Below, piece after piece: positions 25,873-39,079 of a stretch of 64,000 nt of DNA (positions are counted from its first letter, which is position 1; each line of letters opens with the position of its first letter). Location of the stretch: the NCBI GenBank assembly GCA_964016885.1, contig OZ024745.1, positions 115,382,001-115,446,000 of the forward strand, in the 5' to 3' direction. Source of the DNA: Eledone cirrhosa. Its lineage: Eukaryota. The translations under genes were made by a program, and so were the position numbers. Under the pieces are notes generated by a model. The model was not told where the DNA came from. It did no database searches and saw only the letters and a program-made list of their open reading frames with translations.

Positions 25873-26038
25873 GAATTACAGATGACGAAAGAGGCTAAGA
25901 CTGTTCAACCGCACTCATCGTCTACTTCGACAGTATCTAGAGGTAGCACTCGCAGTGATCAACAGCCGGAAGAAACAAGCAGTATCAGTGCACGAAGTGA
26001 TACCAGTGTAGATAGTTCTGTATTTGACGCGTCTTTTG
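25873..26038 (+). CDS. Sytbeta: Synaptotagmin exon 2 (Ser/Thr-rich linker)
   Basis: Acceptor TTTCTGTTGACAG, donor G|GTAAGT. 166 nt, phase 0 to phase 1, which fits both neighbouring exons; ELQMTKEAK...SSVFDASF. Confidence 0.8.
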
Positions 26039-26959
26039 GTAAGTACTTATTTTGGTATTTAATTTACTTAGAAACCATAGCAGAATAACGGTAAGTTGTT
26101 GCTCTATAAAGAGCTCTATTTGGCTTTGGTTCCTGCTGGTAGCCATTTCATCTACTTAATGTTTTAAGAAGAGCATAATCATAGGATCTCTTTATAAAGC
26201 TGATATACTTCGTTATATACGAACCCTCTCAAATTGTCTGGCTACATAAAACTTCAGTGTTTCACAAGTACTTTCATTGATAAAAACAAGAAACATCGTA
26301 AAAAGAAAACACTTAATGAAAACGAACTAAAAACGCAGTTAGAATATCTTTTAACATACGTCTTAAATGGTTACATTTAACCTCGTGTGTACTCTGAATG
26401 TATTCCAATTCACAAAGAGCTATAGTTTTAACGCGAGAAAAATGACGTGACTTAAAAATTGTTGCTATTTCGGCGCAATGAAAGACAGAAATAATTCCAA
26501 ATAAAACTTGTTTTTTAAGACACAGACTGAGACTTTCTATACTGAACTTAAAGACAAAACTTACCATAAATTACTGAGAAATCATAAATATTTTGTTCGT
26601 GTTCAAAGTGTTTACTTTGAGGAATGCATATTATTTGGTGGAATTTTAACACAGCAGAATTTTAAAACGATGCATGAAAAATATTCTGTTTTGAAGGGAT
26701 TCTAAAATATTTCTAAACTCACAGTTCTGCCAAATATCGACAGTACTTGAAACTCACAACTTACGACTAAAAGTAATAGCAACATATCATGTACAACGTT
26801 TAACAGAAAATGCAATATCTGTTTCATCCGATCTGTAAACTTACTCCGACAAATTTTATGATCTATGTGCTCAATGTACGTTTAAATCACATCTTTTGTT
26901 TATTCCAGAAGTAATTAATGAACCGCAAAATTACCCTAGTGTCAAGTTGTAACAATCAA

Positions 26960-27146
26960 TATTTGTTTCTATTTTGGCACAAGACCAGCAATTATCCAGT
27001 GCATTACTGGTACTTTATTTTATCGACCACATAGGCATGAAAGGCAAAGTTAATCTCGATGGGATTTGAACTCAGATCGTAAAGGACCGTAACTCCATGC
27101 TGCAAAGCATAGCGTCCGACCTTCTACCAAGACTGTCAATCCACCA
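26960..27146 (-). mobile_element. tRNA-derived SINE, main family
   Basis: Reverse complement of the family consensus. Confidence 0.9.
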
Positions 27147-27994
27147 CAATAATAAAAGGTATCTTTGCTAGCAAATTACTAGGTTTTATTCTTCAGTGGT
27201 TGACACAAATAATGAGAATTATAAAGTTGCTCTACACCAACCTAACATTCTAGCTTCGAATATATGAACCAGTCCATTGAATACACGAGTTTGTAATAGT
27301 GTTATTGTTGTTACAAAGACTAGAAATCATAATCACCATGTCATAAACTCATCAACATACTTCTGCTTTAATTAATGAGTTTTATATTCAGAAATCACAT
27401 AAATTCTTTTGAAAAAAGACAGCAACTCGCATTAGATGTTTCATAACTTAATCATATCTATTTAAGCAGGTCTGAAATTATTCTGTTACCTTTATATCTA
27501 TTTCACTATGCTGCGGTGTTATGGCGTAGTTGTGTAGTTTGACTATAAAAGCGATGCAGTGTTGGAGATTCGATGTAGAAATTGATGAAAATATAATAGT
27601 GTTAACTTTATTTAATACGATGAAATCGGTTGACGGTATAAAAGCTTTAGACTTGATATGTAGCTTATATATTTATAGTTCATCAGGAAAGTGGGACATT
27701 GGTGGAAATTTCTGTATATTTTTGAATAATGGTTTCTGATTTAGAAACAAGGCCGTTAATTTTTGGGAGGGAATGTCGATTAAATCGATCCCACTGGTAC
27801 TTTATTATATTGATGAAAGACAAAGCTAACCGCGACGGTATTATATACCAGGATGTAGCGGGCCGCAAAGCATGTTGACCAGTGCTTCACTGAGAGTGCT
27901 AACCCATCGCCCTCATTAACATTTTAATAATGAAATTGTGTTTGAAAATAATATTTTAGTTTTGATAAAGGGAACACGTGTATCTACATTTATT

Positions 27995-28045
<51 letters not shown>

Positions 28046-28049
<4 letters not shown>

Positions 28050-28561
28050 TTAATATAGATGAGATTCTACAGGACTAGAACTGTTTCATTCTTTAGAAAT
28101 CATCAGGAATCTGGGTATCAAAAAATAAATATGGTATTTATAGGTCTCTACAAGTGGTGACTGACCCCCCACTGATCTTATAGACATCTGTTAGCTTAAG
28201 AGAAACTTAATGACAAGGAATGGTATGCCATCCGGAACCTGTTTATAGAATTCTGTCTGCCCTTGTTACTCTAAAAACAAAAATTAATAAAAATAAACTA
28301 TAACTTTGTAGAATTAGCTTTTAATGAATTCCCTTTTCTATCAACCAATGACCTACACCCTTCCCACTCCCCACCCTCTCCTACCACTTGTAGAGACCTA
28401 TAAATACCATATTTATTTTTTGATACCCAGATTCCTGATGATTTCTAAAGAATGAAACAGTTCTAGTCCTGTAGAATCTCATCTATATTAAAACTTTTAT
28501 ACTCTGCAATGTATTGAGTACCTTACTTACTGTGGTTACCTCCGATTCAACCCGGAATAAC

Positions 28562-28562
<1 letters not shown>
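28046..28562 (+). mobile_element. PLE terminal-repeat cassette, family D, with ~113-bp inverted arm
   Basis: Arms 28046-28158 and 28383-28495 are reverse complements. Tail 28496-28562; (TA)n on both sides. Confidence 0.85.
28429..28479 (+). ncRNA. Type I hammerhead ribozyme (mirror copy at 28062-28112 on - strand)
   Basis: AGATTC-CTGATGA-tttctaaagaat-GAAA-CAG...CTG-TA-GAATCT: intact core, 6-bp stem I, 3-bp stem III, GUA cleavage triplet. Stem II is weak. Confidence 0.75.
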
Positions 28563-28612
<50 letters not shown>

Positions 28613-28858
28613 TAAATATATATATGTATATATTTAGATATAGTCACAGATACATATATGAGTGTGGTTACCTTCCACGGTGTGGCTCTATCAAAAAGTT
28701 ACTATATAAAATTATAAATTTGAAGAACAGCCAGACAAAATATATCCAACTTTTCTTCTCCTTAGTCCTCAGAAATTAACTAGATAAATAATCATTTAAA
28801 CGGAGCTAAGTTTAAAATGCAACTTTGAAGAAATAACAGATAAATGTCACAGACTATT

Positions 28859-29017
<159 letters not shown>

Positions 29018-29174
29018 AAAAAAATATGAAATCGAAAATGCAACTGGAGTCTTATTTTTAAGAAAATATATATATTTATTTGGTCCCTTTACCGGTTTCG
29101 CAGTTCTTCTGCTTTTTAAAAGTAGAGTTGAGATGGAGGGTCTGTGGTTTTTCTCACATCTCATATATATATAT

Positions 29175-29370
29175 ATAGGAAAATGTATGACCCCGACGGC
29201 AGAGCTCAAGCCGTTTCGACGGCTATTTCTGGACTAAGCGATAGCCGTTGAAACGGCTTGAGCTCTGCCGTCGGGGTCATACATTTTCCTATTACCCTCT
29301 CTACTACCCTAAGTATTGAGTACTTTGGTGCGTTATGGTCCATCTGGTTCCTTACCACCACTCCTTCGTT
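29175..29370 (+). mobile_element. PLE terminal-repeat cassette, family A, with fold-back head and 3' half of a hammerhead
   Basis: Arms 29175-29226/29241-29292. Contains GAAA-CGGC-TTGAGCTCT-GCCG-TC-GGGGTC (stem III plus GUC site); the CTGANGA half is replaced by the inversion. Confidence 0.8.
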
Positions 29371-31129
29371 ATATATATATACATATATATATATCTATAT
29401 ATATATATATAAACAAATAGTCAAAAGGAAAAAAATACAGTAGAAAATGCTGGGGGGAGTTTTTCAGTATAATATCAAAACATTTATTTATAAAGCGGGG
29501 ATTTCCGCATTTAATCGTGGTACCGGATATACTCAGAACACACGGAAGACACCTAAGTAAAAAGTGTAATATTAAATTCGTTCCCTTTACAATCTTTATG
29601 TTTATCGTTTTCCAAGCCTCTACCTTCTTTGAGGACGTTGGGAAACCTATAAAAAATGTTCAGCGAGGATACATTGTGATAGATATTTCTGTTGAGGCTG
29701 TTGCCTCATCTGCATAATACATGCTAAGGCCCGCTTTACACGCAGGTTGAGAAAGTTATATGAAGGCAACACAATGTAAACTCACCAGAAACAATCCACG
29801 CCATACAAAACACCAGGGATTGAAATATGCAGAAAGATTCAACCCATAGCCATTTCCACATCTAGAGAGCTGCATGTTAAACTCGCGAAATATCTGATGC
29901 GCATAAAAGAGTATATTTAGGCTTATAGGCTATCTCAAACTATAATAATCGACTATATAATGTATTGCTGTGTGAATCAAAGCATTTTTGTTTCGTGTGC
30001 TGCTTTCTTATAATATAAAACTGGAATCAATGTAAAAATAAGCATAATGAATTTTGAATAATATTTTAATCGTGAAAGACCGTTGATCTATCCATGGATG
30101 AATTTATATTCCATCTGATTCAAACCATAAAACTGAGACTAAGCACTGTCTCTCAAAAGCGCCTAGGGTTAAGAGCCATTTGCATTGTACAAGAATGGTC
30201 GATTCAATAAGCTATATATCTAAATTGTGGAGACACAATGTTCTTATCTAAATTAAACCAAATAGATATTTCATGACTACAGAGAATCTCTACTGTGACA
30301 GTTTTATATTTGTAACACACATTGACATAAATCTATTGTATCGTACGAAGAAAATTATCTGAATGATTAATAAAATGTAAATAAAAATACATGATAACTA
30401 TTCTCATCTCTAATATAATATTTCTTTTATTGTCACATCTCAATCAGATTATCGTGTTTTTCTCCCTTTCAAATCAGTTACTTCTATTCCATACAGTTTT
30501 ATTTTTCTTCTTGAGTTTGAAAACAGAGTTTGATAAAGCAATGATCATTTAATCTTTACACAGGACTGTTTGATATTAAATGGATGTCAATTATGTTTGT
30601 CTTTTCGTCTGGCATTTCTATTTTCTGACTCAAAGAAGATTAAGAAAGCGATGTATTGATTAGAGTGTTAAACTTCGGATCGTGCAGTTAGCGTGTACTG
30701 TTCTCAGTAAATCTGCAACATTATTCAGTTGATTCAAGACTAGTTTCTCTCCGTTAAATATATTTTATACAATAATGCTTTGCTATCGTTCTGTATCACG
30801 GCGTCATTGTTTTATACTATGAATAGATTTTGTAAATACAGATATTCAAGATAAAGAAAATATGTTTAAAAGAGAATAACACGACTGTTTTAGTCAATAG
30901 ATTGTCAGATGAGGAGAAAAACAGAAAAGGAAAGAAAAAACACAAAATTGCGAGGAGAAAAGGGAGAAAACTTTGGTTGTATTGTATATAAAAAACTGTA
31001 AGAAAACTCAAGCGCAGAAAATAACTGTAAAAACAGTCGGTTGCTATAAATAGCTTACAAAATCAGGTAAAGACCCCTTATTTTCCTACATTTCCAATAT
31101 ATACTATAGGTGATTCAGTGAATTATTGG

Positions 31130-31280
31130 TGGCAATACCAACATCGTGCTCGAAAAAAGAACAACACAGTTGCACCAGAAGACAGCATCTACAAATGCAG
31201 TCGCTGTATACGGGACTGCCTTTCCCGTGTGGGCCTGTACAGCCTCAGCAGACTTTGCACTGCTATCAGCAGCTGACACA
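31130..31280 (+). mobile_element. RTE LINE 3' end fragment (C-terminal zinc-finger-like motif)
   Basis: Translates as YKCSRCIRDCLSRVGLYSLSRLC. Confidence 0.7.
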
Positions 31281-31484
31281 AAATTGACAGACTAAACAGC
31301 CTCCCGTCTGGCCTAGTGTGAAGGTAAACACCCTAGAGTGACTCTCCGAATGCATGTTTTAGCATGACTTCAAAAAAGATGCCAAACAGTGTGGGGGCTA
31401 GCACACAGCCCTGCTACACACCGCTGTATATATTAAATGCCTACGAAGAAGAGCCGCCAAATTGAACGACACCTTTCTTATCTA

Positions 31485-33925
31485 CGTGAAACGGCTGGAC
31501 TATCCTAAGACGTCTTGGAGGACAACCAAACCTGACAAAGGTCTTGAACAGGCTGTCTCTTCTAACTACATTGAATGCCTTCGTGAGGTCGTTGAAGGTG
31601 ATGTAGAGTGGGTGCCTTTTCTCTCAGCACTTCTCCTGTAGCTGTCGAAGGGAGAAGATCGTGTTAATGGTAGAGCGTTCTAACCTGAAACCACACTGAG
31701 ATTCGGGGTTTATTCTCTGAGTGATTTTCTGTAGACTGTTCAAGGTCACGTGGGCAACGATATGTCTCGGTAGCTATTGCAGTCACTTCTGTCCCCTTTG
31801 TTCTTATTGAGGGTGACAATGTTGCAGTCTCTCGTGTCTTACGGGACTGTTCCATCCTCCTTGCATTGCCAGAATAGTTTCAACAAGTAGCTAAGTCGCA
31901 CTTCCTTTGCACATCTGTTGACCTCTAAGGGGGATGCCGTCAGATCCTGGTGCCACCAATGGCTCTGCACAGTTCTTCAGCAGTCGGCAACACATCTAGC
32001 TCCTCCATGACTGGCAAGTGTTCCACGGTGTCTAGTGTGTTGTCCGAGATACTGTTTTCCCTGTCGTAGAGTTTGGAGTAATATTCTACCCATCTCTCCA
32101 ACCTCCAACTGCTCTCTTTTGCCTTTGATGACCTCACCTGTTCTGGATTTAAGTGTAGCTGTCTTGCTCTGAATTGGGCCGATGACTTTCTTGGTGCCCT
32201 CATACATTCCCCGTATGTTACCTGTGTCAAATGAAAGCTAGATGTCTTGTTCCTAGCTGATCTCAATGCTCGTAGCGTTACCTTGGTAGGCTGGTGTTTC
32301 TGCTTCAACAGGGCACCTCGATGGTTGCATTGAGCTCATCTGCAATCGCCTCAAACCAGTCATGTGTCATTCATCGCTTCTTCCCGAAGGTCTTCAATGC
32401 AGTGTCATGGATGGTGCTTCTGAGAAAGTCCCATTTTTGCTGAACATTACTTTCCGGTGTGTCTGCAAGGAAGGCATCCTGCATTGACTTGAGGAATGCA
32501 GCCACTTTGGCTGACTGCCGGAGGCTTGGCATAGTGCATCATTTTTGGTTGGAGTTTGAGATTGCAGTAAACCAGGGAGTGATCTGTGTGACAGTCAGCA
32601 CTCTGAAAGGACAGAGGAAGGAGTACATTTCTCAGATGATTGTCTTGTGAGGACCAGTACCCTGACCAAGGATGGCACCAGGAAACTTATGACGTGCCTT
32701 GGTCTGGAAGTAGGTGTTGGTGATACATAGTCCATGTAGCATACAGAGCTCAAGAAGCCGTTGTCTGTTGTCATTCATGTTACCGACCCCCTGCCTTCCC
32801 AGACACCCCGTCCAGGTGTCATGGTCGGCTCCCACTCTGGCATTGAAGTCGCTAAGCAGCACCAGCTGTTAACCAATTGGGATCGCCTGTATTCTTCTGG
32901 AGAGCTGATCGTAAAATTTATCCTTGTCCTCTTGTGTGGAATAGAAGGATGGGGCATACGCACTGACAAGGTTGACAGGCCAATCCAATGTGCAATTGGA
33001 GTGAGAGGATCCGCTCCGAACCATCACTGCCGAGTTCCACCTTATCCAACAGTGAGTTCCTCAAAGCAAAGCCGACACCATGCTCTCTGGCTTCATCTAT
33101 GCCTTTCCCCTGCCAGAAAAAGGTACATTTTCTCTCACGAAGGGTCCCCAGATCTGGGAGCCGTGTCTCCTAGAGCGTTGTAATGTCCACTCAAAGTTGT
33201 AGCAGCTTGTTGTTGATAACTACTGTGGGTGTCAGAAGATCATCTGACAGACCAGTAGTTATGGTCCGTATATTCCAACATCCAAGTCTCAATGCCGGTT
33301 TCTTATATTGTTTATTTGTTTGCTTCTTCATTGATTTTCTTGGTGCTGCGTTTACAGCCCACGATTCAGTATATTAATATCCCTAAGCCCCACGTACCCA
33401 GTGGAGCACATGGGCTGTGACGGTACAGCACTTAACTGGCTGGGGGCTGCCCAGATTGAGGCGTGCGGTAGCTGTCCAGTGAGGTACAATGACCTCTCTT
33501 TCCGTCGAAAGCAGCCCCTGGCGCCTTGCTCGTACGCCAATCATGTGCAGACTTATAACCGGTAGACTGATGCTTTTCGTGTTTTGCCGCCGCTGTGATG
33601 CGACGCCGGAGTCTCACCTCTCCAGGGCGCAGGCCTGAGCAGGGTTTATGGAAGATCCGCAGTTGCCCTTGCAGGATGCCTCCCCCTCTCCGCACCACTG
33701 GTGTTGTCCAATGGAAGAGCGCAGCCGGTACAACTTGGCACCGTTGGGGTCGCAAGAGATGCCAGAACGTGGTTGGATATAACATCGAACAGCCTTAAGG
33801 GATCTGGCTCCCGAATTATCCTCAAGGTTTACTCTCGAAGCCTTTCCAATGAGTGTGCAAGGAGTTGGACCTGGTTGCCAGAAGCTATTTGAGGCGCAGT
33901 CATGAGGAGCATGTTTTTAAGCAGT
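31485..33925 (-). mobile_element. RTE (BovB-like) LINE, 5' two-thirds, disrupted
   Basis: AP endonuclease DFNARVG...NDNRQRLLELC...ITNTYF; RT start PESQCGFR...FSLRQLQEKC*E...FNDLTKAF; GC-rich 5'UTR at ~33350-33900. Confidence 0.93.
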
Positions 33926-34145
33926 GCGAGCTCATCCTCACTGCCACCCTTCGGAAATAAATAAATATTCTTAAAAAGACGCCAGCTGCATTTTCGATTT
34001 CTCTTCCTTATACTTCCACCCGTGTAGTACATCTCGTTTTTTTATTAAAAAAACCTCACTTTCTTATATATATATATATATATAAGAAAATAAGTTTTTT
34101 TTTTAATAAATTAATATATATATATATATATTTATTAAAAGAACC

Positions 34146-34306
<161 letters not shown>

Positions 34307-34644
34307 TTTAGCTCTCACAGTTAACCAACTGTAGCATCTACATGATACCACTGATGTAAATAAATGAAACCATGACACATAACAAATACATTGACTCACT
34401 TCAGCATAAATGGAGGGACCTGCAACTAGAAATAATTCATACTATGCTTAAGGGTCAGATAAACCATTTCATGCCTAATCAATAACAAGCTGAAGAATAG
34501 TGAATGTTCATAAGTTCCTTGCTCCATAAAACGAATTCCTCGTGTGCGAGCTTTAAATTATCGGTAACATGAGCAAAATCTCATGGATCTTAGGTTGCTT
34601 AAAATTTACAGAGCCAGTGTATTTATGATCCCATAACTCCTGAT

Positions 34645-34850
34645 AGAGTCGTAGGGGCGCCGTATTGACATACAGTGTTTCTTGGACATTTTCAGCCAGG
34701 GAAGCCCATCCCTCTCCAGGCCCGAATACAGCAAATTCTTCCAGTACTAGACTGGTACTTTTTTTATCGACCTCGACGGCATTTGAACTCAGAGAGCAGA
34801 TAGCCGAAACGAATACCAATTCTCTGCCTTACAGAGCTAATGCCAAAATA
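34645..34850 (-). mobile_element. SINE subfamily with alternative 3' tail
   Basis: Same head/core as the main SINE (GACTGGTACTTTT...ATTTGAACTCAGA) but tail GTAGGGGC(A/G)CCGTATTGACA. Relatives at 49150-49495, 49845-50010 and 51375-51640. Confidence 0.65.
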
Positions 34851-36229
34851 TAAATAGATGTTTAATCAGTTATATCTAATGTTTCCATGAAAGTTCGAGA
34901 GTGATTTTAATAATGGGATTACAGTAATTGAAAAGATTGAAAGCATAATACGAAATGATGAAATAAATTGCTGAAAGATGGCAGATAAAGTTTGTCAAAG
35001 TGTATAGATGTAATCATAAATATTCCGGTAAATTAAATCAAGAAAAGCCAATTAAAAGACACTTGTTAATAAACAAGTGGCACGTGATATTGACATACAT
35101 TCTACAGAAATTAGTTTTACACTATTGTAAAAACTATGGAAAGAAATGTCAAACTTATCTGACCTGTTCTAGCGGGAACACAACTGATAACTGCATTTAA
35201 AGATTTACACTTCTCGAAATGCTATAGCCAATTTCATGCCTTAATATCATGTATAAATTGTACATTAGCTTAATTTATTAGGTTGTTCAGCAGATTTATC
35301 AATTTAAGAGAATAATTGCTGGCCAGTAAGTAGTAGCAGGAATGAATGTGAGACTGTATGGAATAATCGGTGATAAATAAAATATTCTCTGAGATGAAAC
35401 ACCATTCGATGTTTATAGCTGACTGCGTCTTGGAGATGTCCTAGAAGCAATTATTATTGCAATCCAATGAGTGACATTATCTTTAATTATAGAGAATTGC
35501 TCAAAGGAATATCCAATGAAGGTAACCTCTCTATGATGCCATTTGCTCTCGTACTAAACTCTCTATTTTCATATATATTAGTGAGAAGTTCCGCTTTCAA
35601 CTATATAGTTAATCAATGCTAATCATTCTTTTCAATACTCTGAACTCTTGTGCTTGTAAGAAACAAAAAATAAAAAAAAATTACGTGGATGTCATATTTG
35701 CAGAAATGTAAACATCTCACGATTAACTGGTAATGATTACAACCCACGTTATCATTAGATGTTAAGAAAAAATGATGTTAGTAATCAGCTTTACTTGTTT
35801 TTCACTGCAACTTTGATTCTATTTGAAATTTTAATATTCCAAGCATTAAATTTCACCCGCTTCATCTATCCTGTGGCTAGTATTTCTGAATTATGTAATA
35901 TTCAAACCCTTTGCTTTCTTTACGCCAACAAATATACAGGTTTGTCCATTTGTTGAATAATTCCAACGGTATTGCTTCGACAAGTTACGATGAGTAAAAA
36001 ATCTTGTTGTCGATTTCCAACGAGAGTGTAAGTAACCAGAGTTGTTCCCCTTAATTCTCGATGATATGATGACATTTAATTTTTTGGCATATTCGAACCA
36101 ACCTTCGCTTTTTAACGAAACACGCATTACATATGTTTTCATTCACTTAAAACCTGTTAAGGAAAATTAATGAATGTAAGCCCCCCAAATAGTTTTGGAG
36201 TCAGTTAGTTAATCCACAAATCTGTACAC

Positions 36230-36521
36230 CAGGCATGGGCAACCTTTTTCGAGAAGCTGGCCGTATGAGATATGGCTTATCATCATGCGGGCCGCAAGCG
36301 CTAATTTACATTCGTGCCCATATTAAAAAAAGGGGTGGTAACTCAGGTTGTTTTGATTTGTTTCTTCAGAATTCGTACACATTGTTTTCCTTGATCGTAA
36401 AAATGATAGAAAGATAAATTACGACTGAAAAGTTGGGGTAACAAAATCAGAAAGATTTCACTTAGGTGACGTAGCCGAGCCATTCAGGAGGCTTCGCGGG
36501 CCGCAGGTTGCCCATGCAGTT
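36230..36521. mobile_element. hAT-type MITE
   Basis: Terminal inverted repeats CAGGCATGGGCAACCT / AGGTTGCCCATGC; imperfect 8-bp flanks CTGTACAC / GTCTACAC; second copy at 55306-55560. Confidence 0.85.
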
Positions 36522-36869
36522 GTCTACACGAAACTTCGTAACTTTCTCCAACTATTATTATATGATTATATGATTATCTACTTGATGAAATTCATGTCGT
36601 CAATAGGAAAACTATTGGTAATAACGGCAAGGTCTGTTTTTATATAAAATAAAGGGTTAAATCGAAACAGATTTTAGTATATTTAGTGGCCATTCAGATC
36701 CCAATTGATAAAGATCAGCAATAAATGGATGAAGCATTTGAACATGTAATTTAAATTCATTTAGTTATACTGAAAACAAAAAGCAAATTATAACGATCGC
36801 TCTATATTTTTATTGGTTAAGTCAGGCTTTCATCAGACGTTCTACCTTTTCTGCTCATTCAATGCCTAT

Positions 36870-36980
36870 ACGATGACTGGTACTTACACCGAGCTTTTCC
36901 AAAGGATCATTAATCTAACTAATAATTAGGCTCGATGTTGCTTAAGTTAGGTGATCGGACGAGAACTGCAGTTTTTAGTT
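36870..36980 (-). pseudogene. Degenerate 5S rRNA-derived sequence (pseudogene or SINE3 head)
   Basis: TAGGCTCGATGTTGCTTAAGTTAGGTGATCGGACGAGAACTG resembles the reverse complement of the 5S internal region (CAGGCCCGACGTTGCTTAACTTCGGTGATCGGACGAGAAC). Confidence 0.6.
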
Positions 36981-37733
36981 TTACTTGTGGGAATACGATT
37001 GTCACACCTTTCTGTGCCTGATAATATTTTACAATACCATTAGAAAATACATTCATTTATATGGGAAAGCACTGCATGCAATTCAGAAGCTAACAACTTG
37101 AAAGAAAAAACAATTACTCTCAACATCTCGTTCAGTCATAAAACTGTTCGGCTAATCTATATCAGTAGAGTTATTGAGAAAATCTTTTGTTGATATACGG
37201 AATGTTTATTCGGTGTATCAACAAAGATTTGTGCATGCTGTTTGTACTGGCTAATAATGTCAACATGTTCAAGAACTACAGCTTATTTTGATCGAATGAC
37301 AATACTATCCCTTCACACACTGAGAATTATGCCTTCAGCGTAATAGAGAAAAGATAACCATTAATTGTATTCTAAACAAGTAAGAAAACATGAGATATAT
37401 ATCTAGAAATCCTCATCGTGTTAATAAAAAATAGTTTATATAAAATCGGTGTACATCATATAACAAATAAAAACAACATTTCTCTCTAAATATAAAAAAA
37501 TTGATACTATATATATATATATACAAACTGTAGAGTGCTACTTATCCGATATTTGCATTGCTTTATTGTGCTACAATAAAACTCACCTCCTACATATATA
37601 TATATATATATATATGAGTTTTTCGAATATTAATAATAATATTCGATTCATTTGCAATTATGCAAATGCCATCTGAAGCCATGTGAGTAGAATGACCCCT
37701 TCAGTCTTGGTCTTGTGTCGGCATGTAAATAGA

Positions 37734-37780
37734 ACGGCAGACACCAATGTTTCTAGGTGATTACCCTTCATCAGTACCGT
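37734..37780 (-). ncRNA. Type I hammerhead ribozyme
   Basis: ACGGTA-CTGATGA-AGGGTAATCACCTA-GAAA-CA-TTGG-TG-TC-TGCCGT: intact core, stems I and III, GUC site. Confidence 0.75.
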
Positions 37781-38069
37781 ATACTATTTACCTCTCAACT
37801 GTCAGAGCTAGTGAAAATATGTGATATTTTCTGGAATATACAGTGATTGAGCAGCCTCATTTGCATATTAGCAGACTGCCTGATCAGCCAGATTTGCATA
37901 TTAGCAGATAAGCTAGTCAGTGTTGTGTATACGAGCGATTAATGGCCGGCTTTGCCGTATTCAAATAACTAACAAATAGTTTTATCGCTCTACATGGCCG
38001 ATCAGTCACAGTATATTCCAGAAAATATAATATTTTCACTAGCTCTGACAGTTGGCAGGTAAACAGTAT

Positions 38070-38116
38070 ACGGTACTGATGAAGGGTAATCACCAAGAAA
38101 CATTAGTGTCTGCTGT
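38070..38116 (+). ncRNA. Type I hammerhead ribozyme
   Basis: ACGGTA-CTGATGA-AGGGTAATCACCAA-GAAA-CA-TTAG-TG-TC-TGCTGT: intact core, stem I with G-U pairs. Confidence 0.72.
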
Positions 38117-38231
38117 TCTGTTTATATGCCAACACAAGAGCAAGAATGGTGGAGTCGTTCTACTCACTTGGCTTAAAGAGGGTTTCATAATTACAAACGA
38201 ATCGAATATTATTATTAATATTCGAAAAAGA

Positions 38232-38420
38232 GCGATGGAATGGCAGTATCGGTAGAGGGTCGGACGGCATGCTTTGCAGCATAGAGTTACGGCCCTTTAC
38301 GCTCTGAGTACAAATCCCGCCGAGGTTAAATTTGCCTTTCATCCTTACGGGGTCGATAAAATAAAGTACCAGTAATACACTGGGTAATTGCTGGCCTTGT
38401 GCCAAAAGTAGAGACAATTA
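38232..38420 (+). mobile_element. tRNA-derived SINE, main family
   Basis: Consensus match; TATTCGAAAA duplicated on both sides. Confidence 0.9.
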
Positions 38421-38506
38421 TTATTATTCGAAAACCTCAGATTTACATTTCTTGTATTTAGCCATGTAGAGTGATAAAACTATTTGTTATATATATATAT
38501 ATATAT

Positions 38507-38979
<473 letters not shown>

Positions 38980-39079
38980 AGTGAGAGAGAGTGAGAGAGA
39001 GAGAGTGAGAGAGAGAGAGAGTGAGAGTGAGAGAGAGAGAGAGAGATAAAACAGTGACATATTAAATAAAAATATAATT

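Larger units (their letters stand above)
37616..38489 (+). mobile_element. PLE terminal-repeat cassette, family E: ~240-bp diverged inverted repeat with two hammerheads, later hit by a SINE
   Basis: 37616-37855 is the reverse complement of ~38000-38228 plus the bases just after the SINE. A second inverted pair is 37970-37998/38461-38489. Bounded by (TA)n. Confidence 0.85.
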
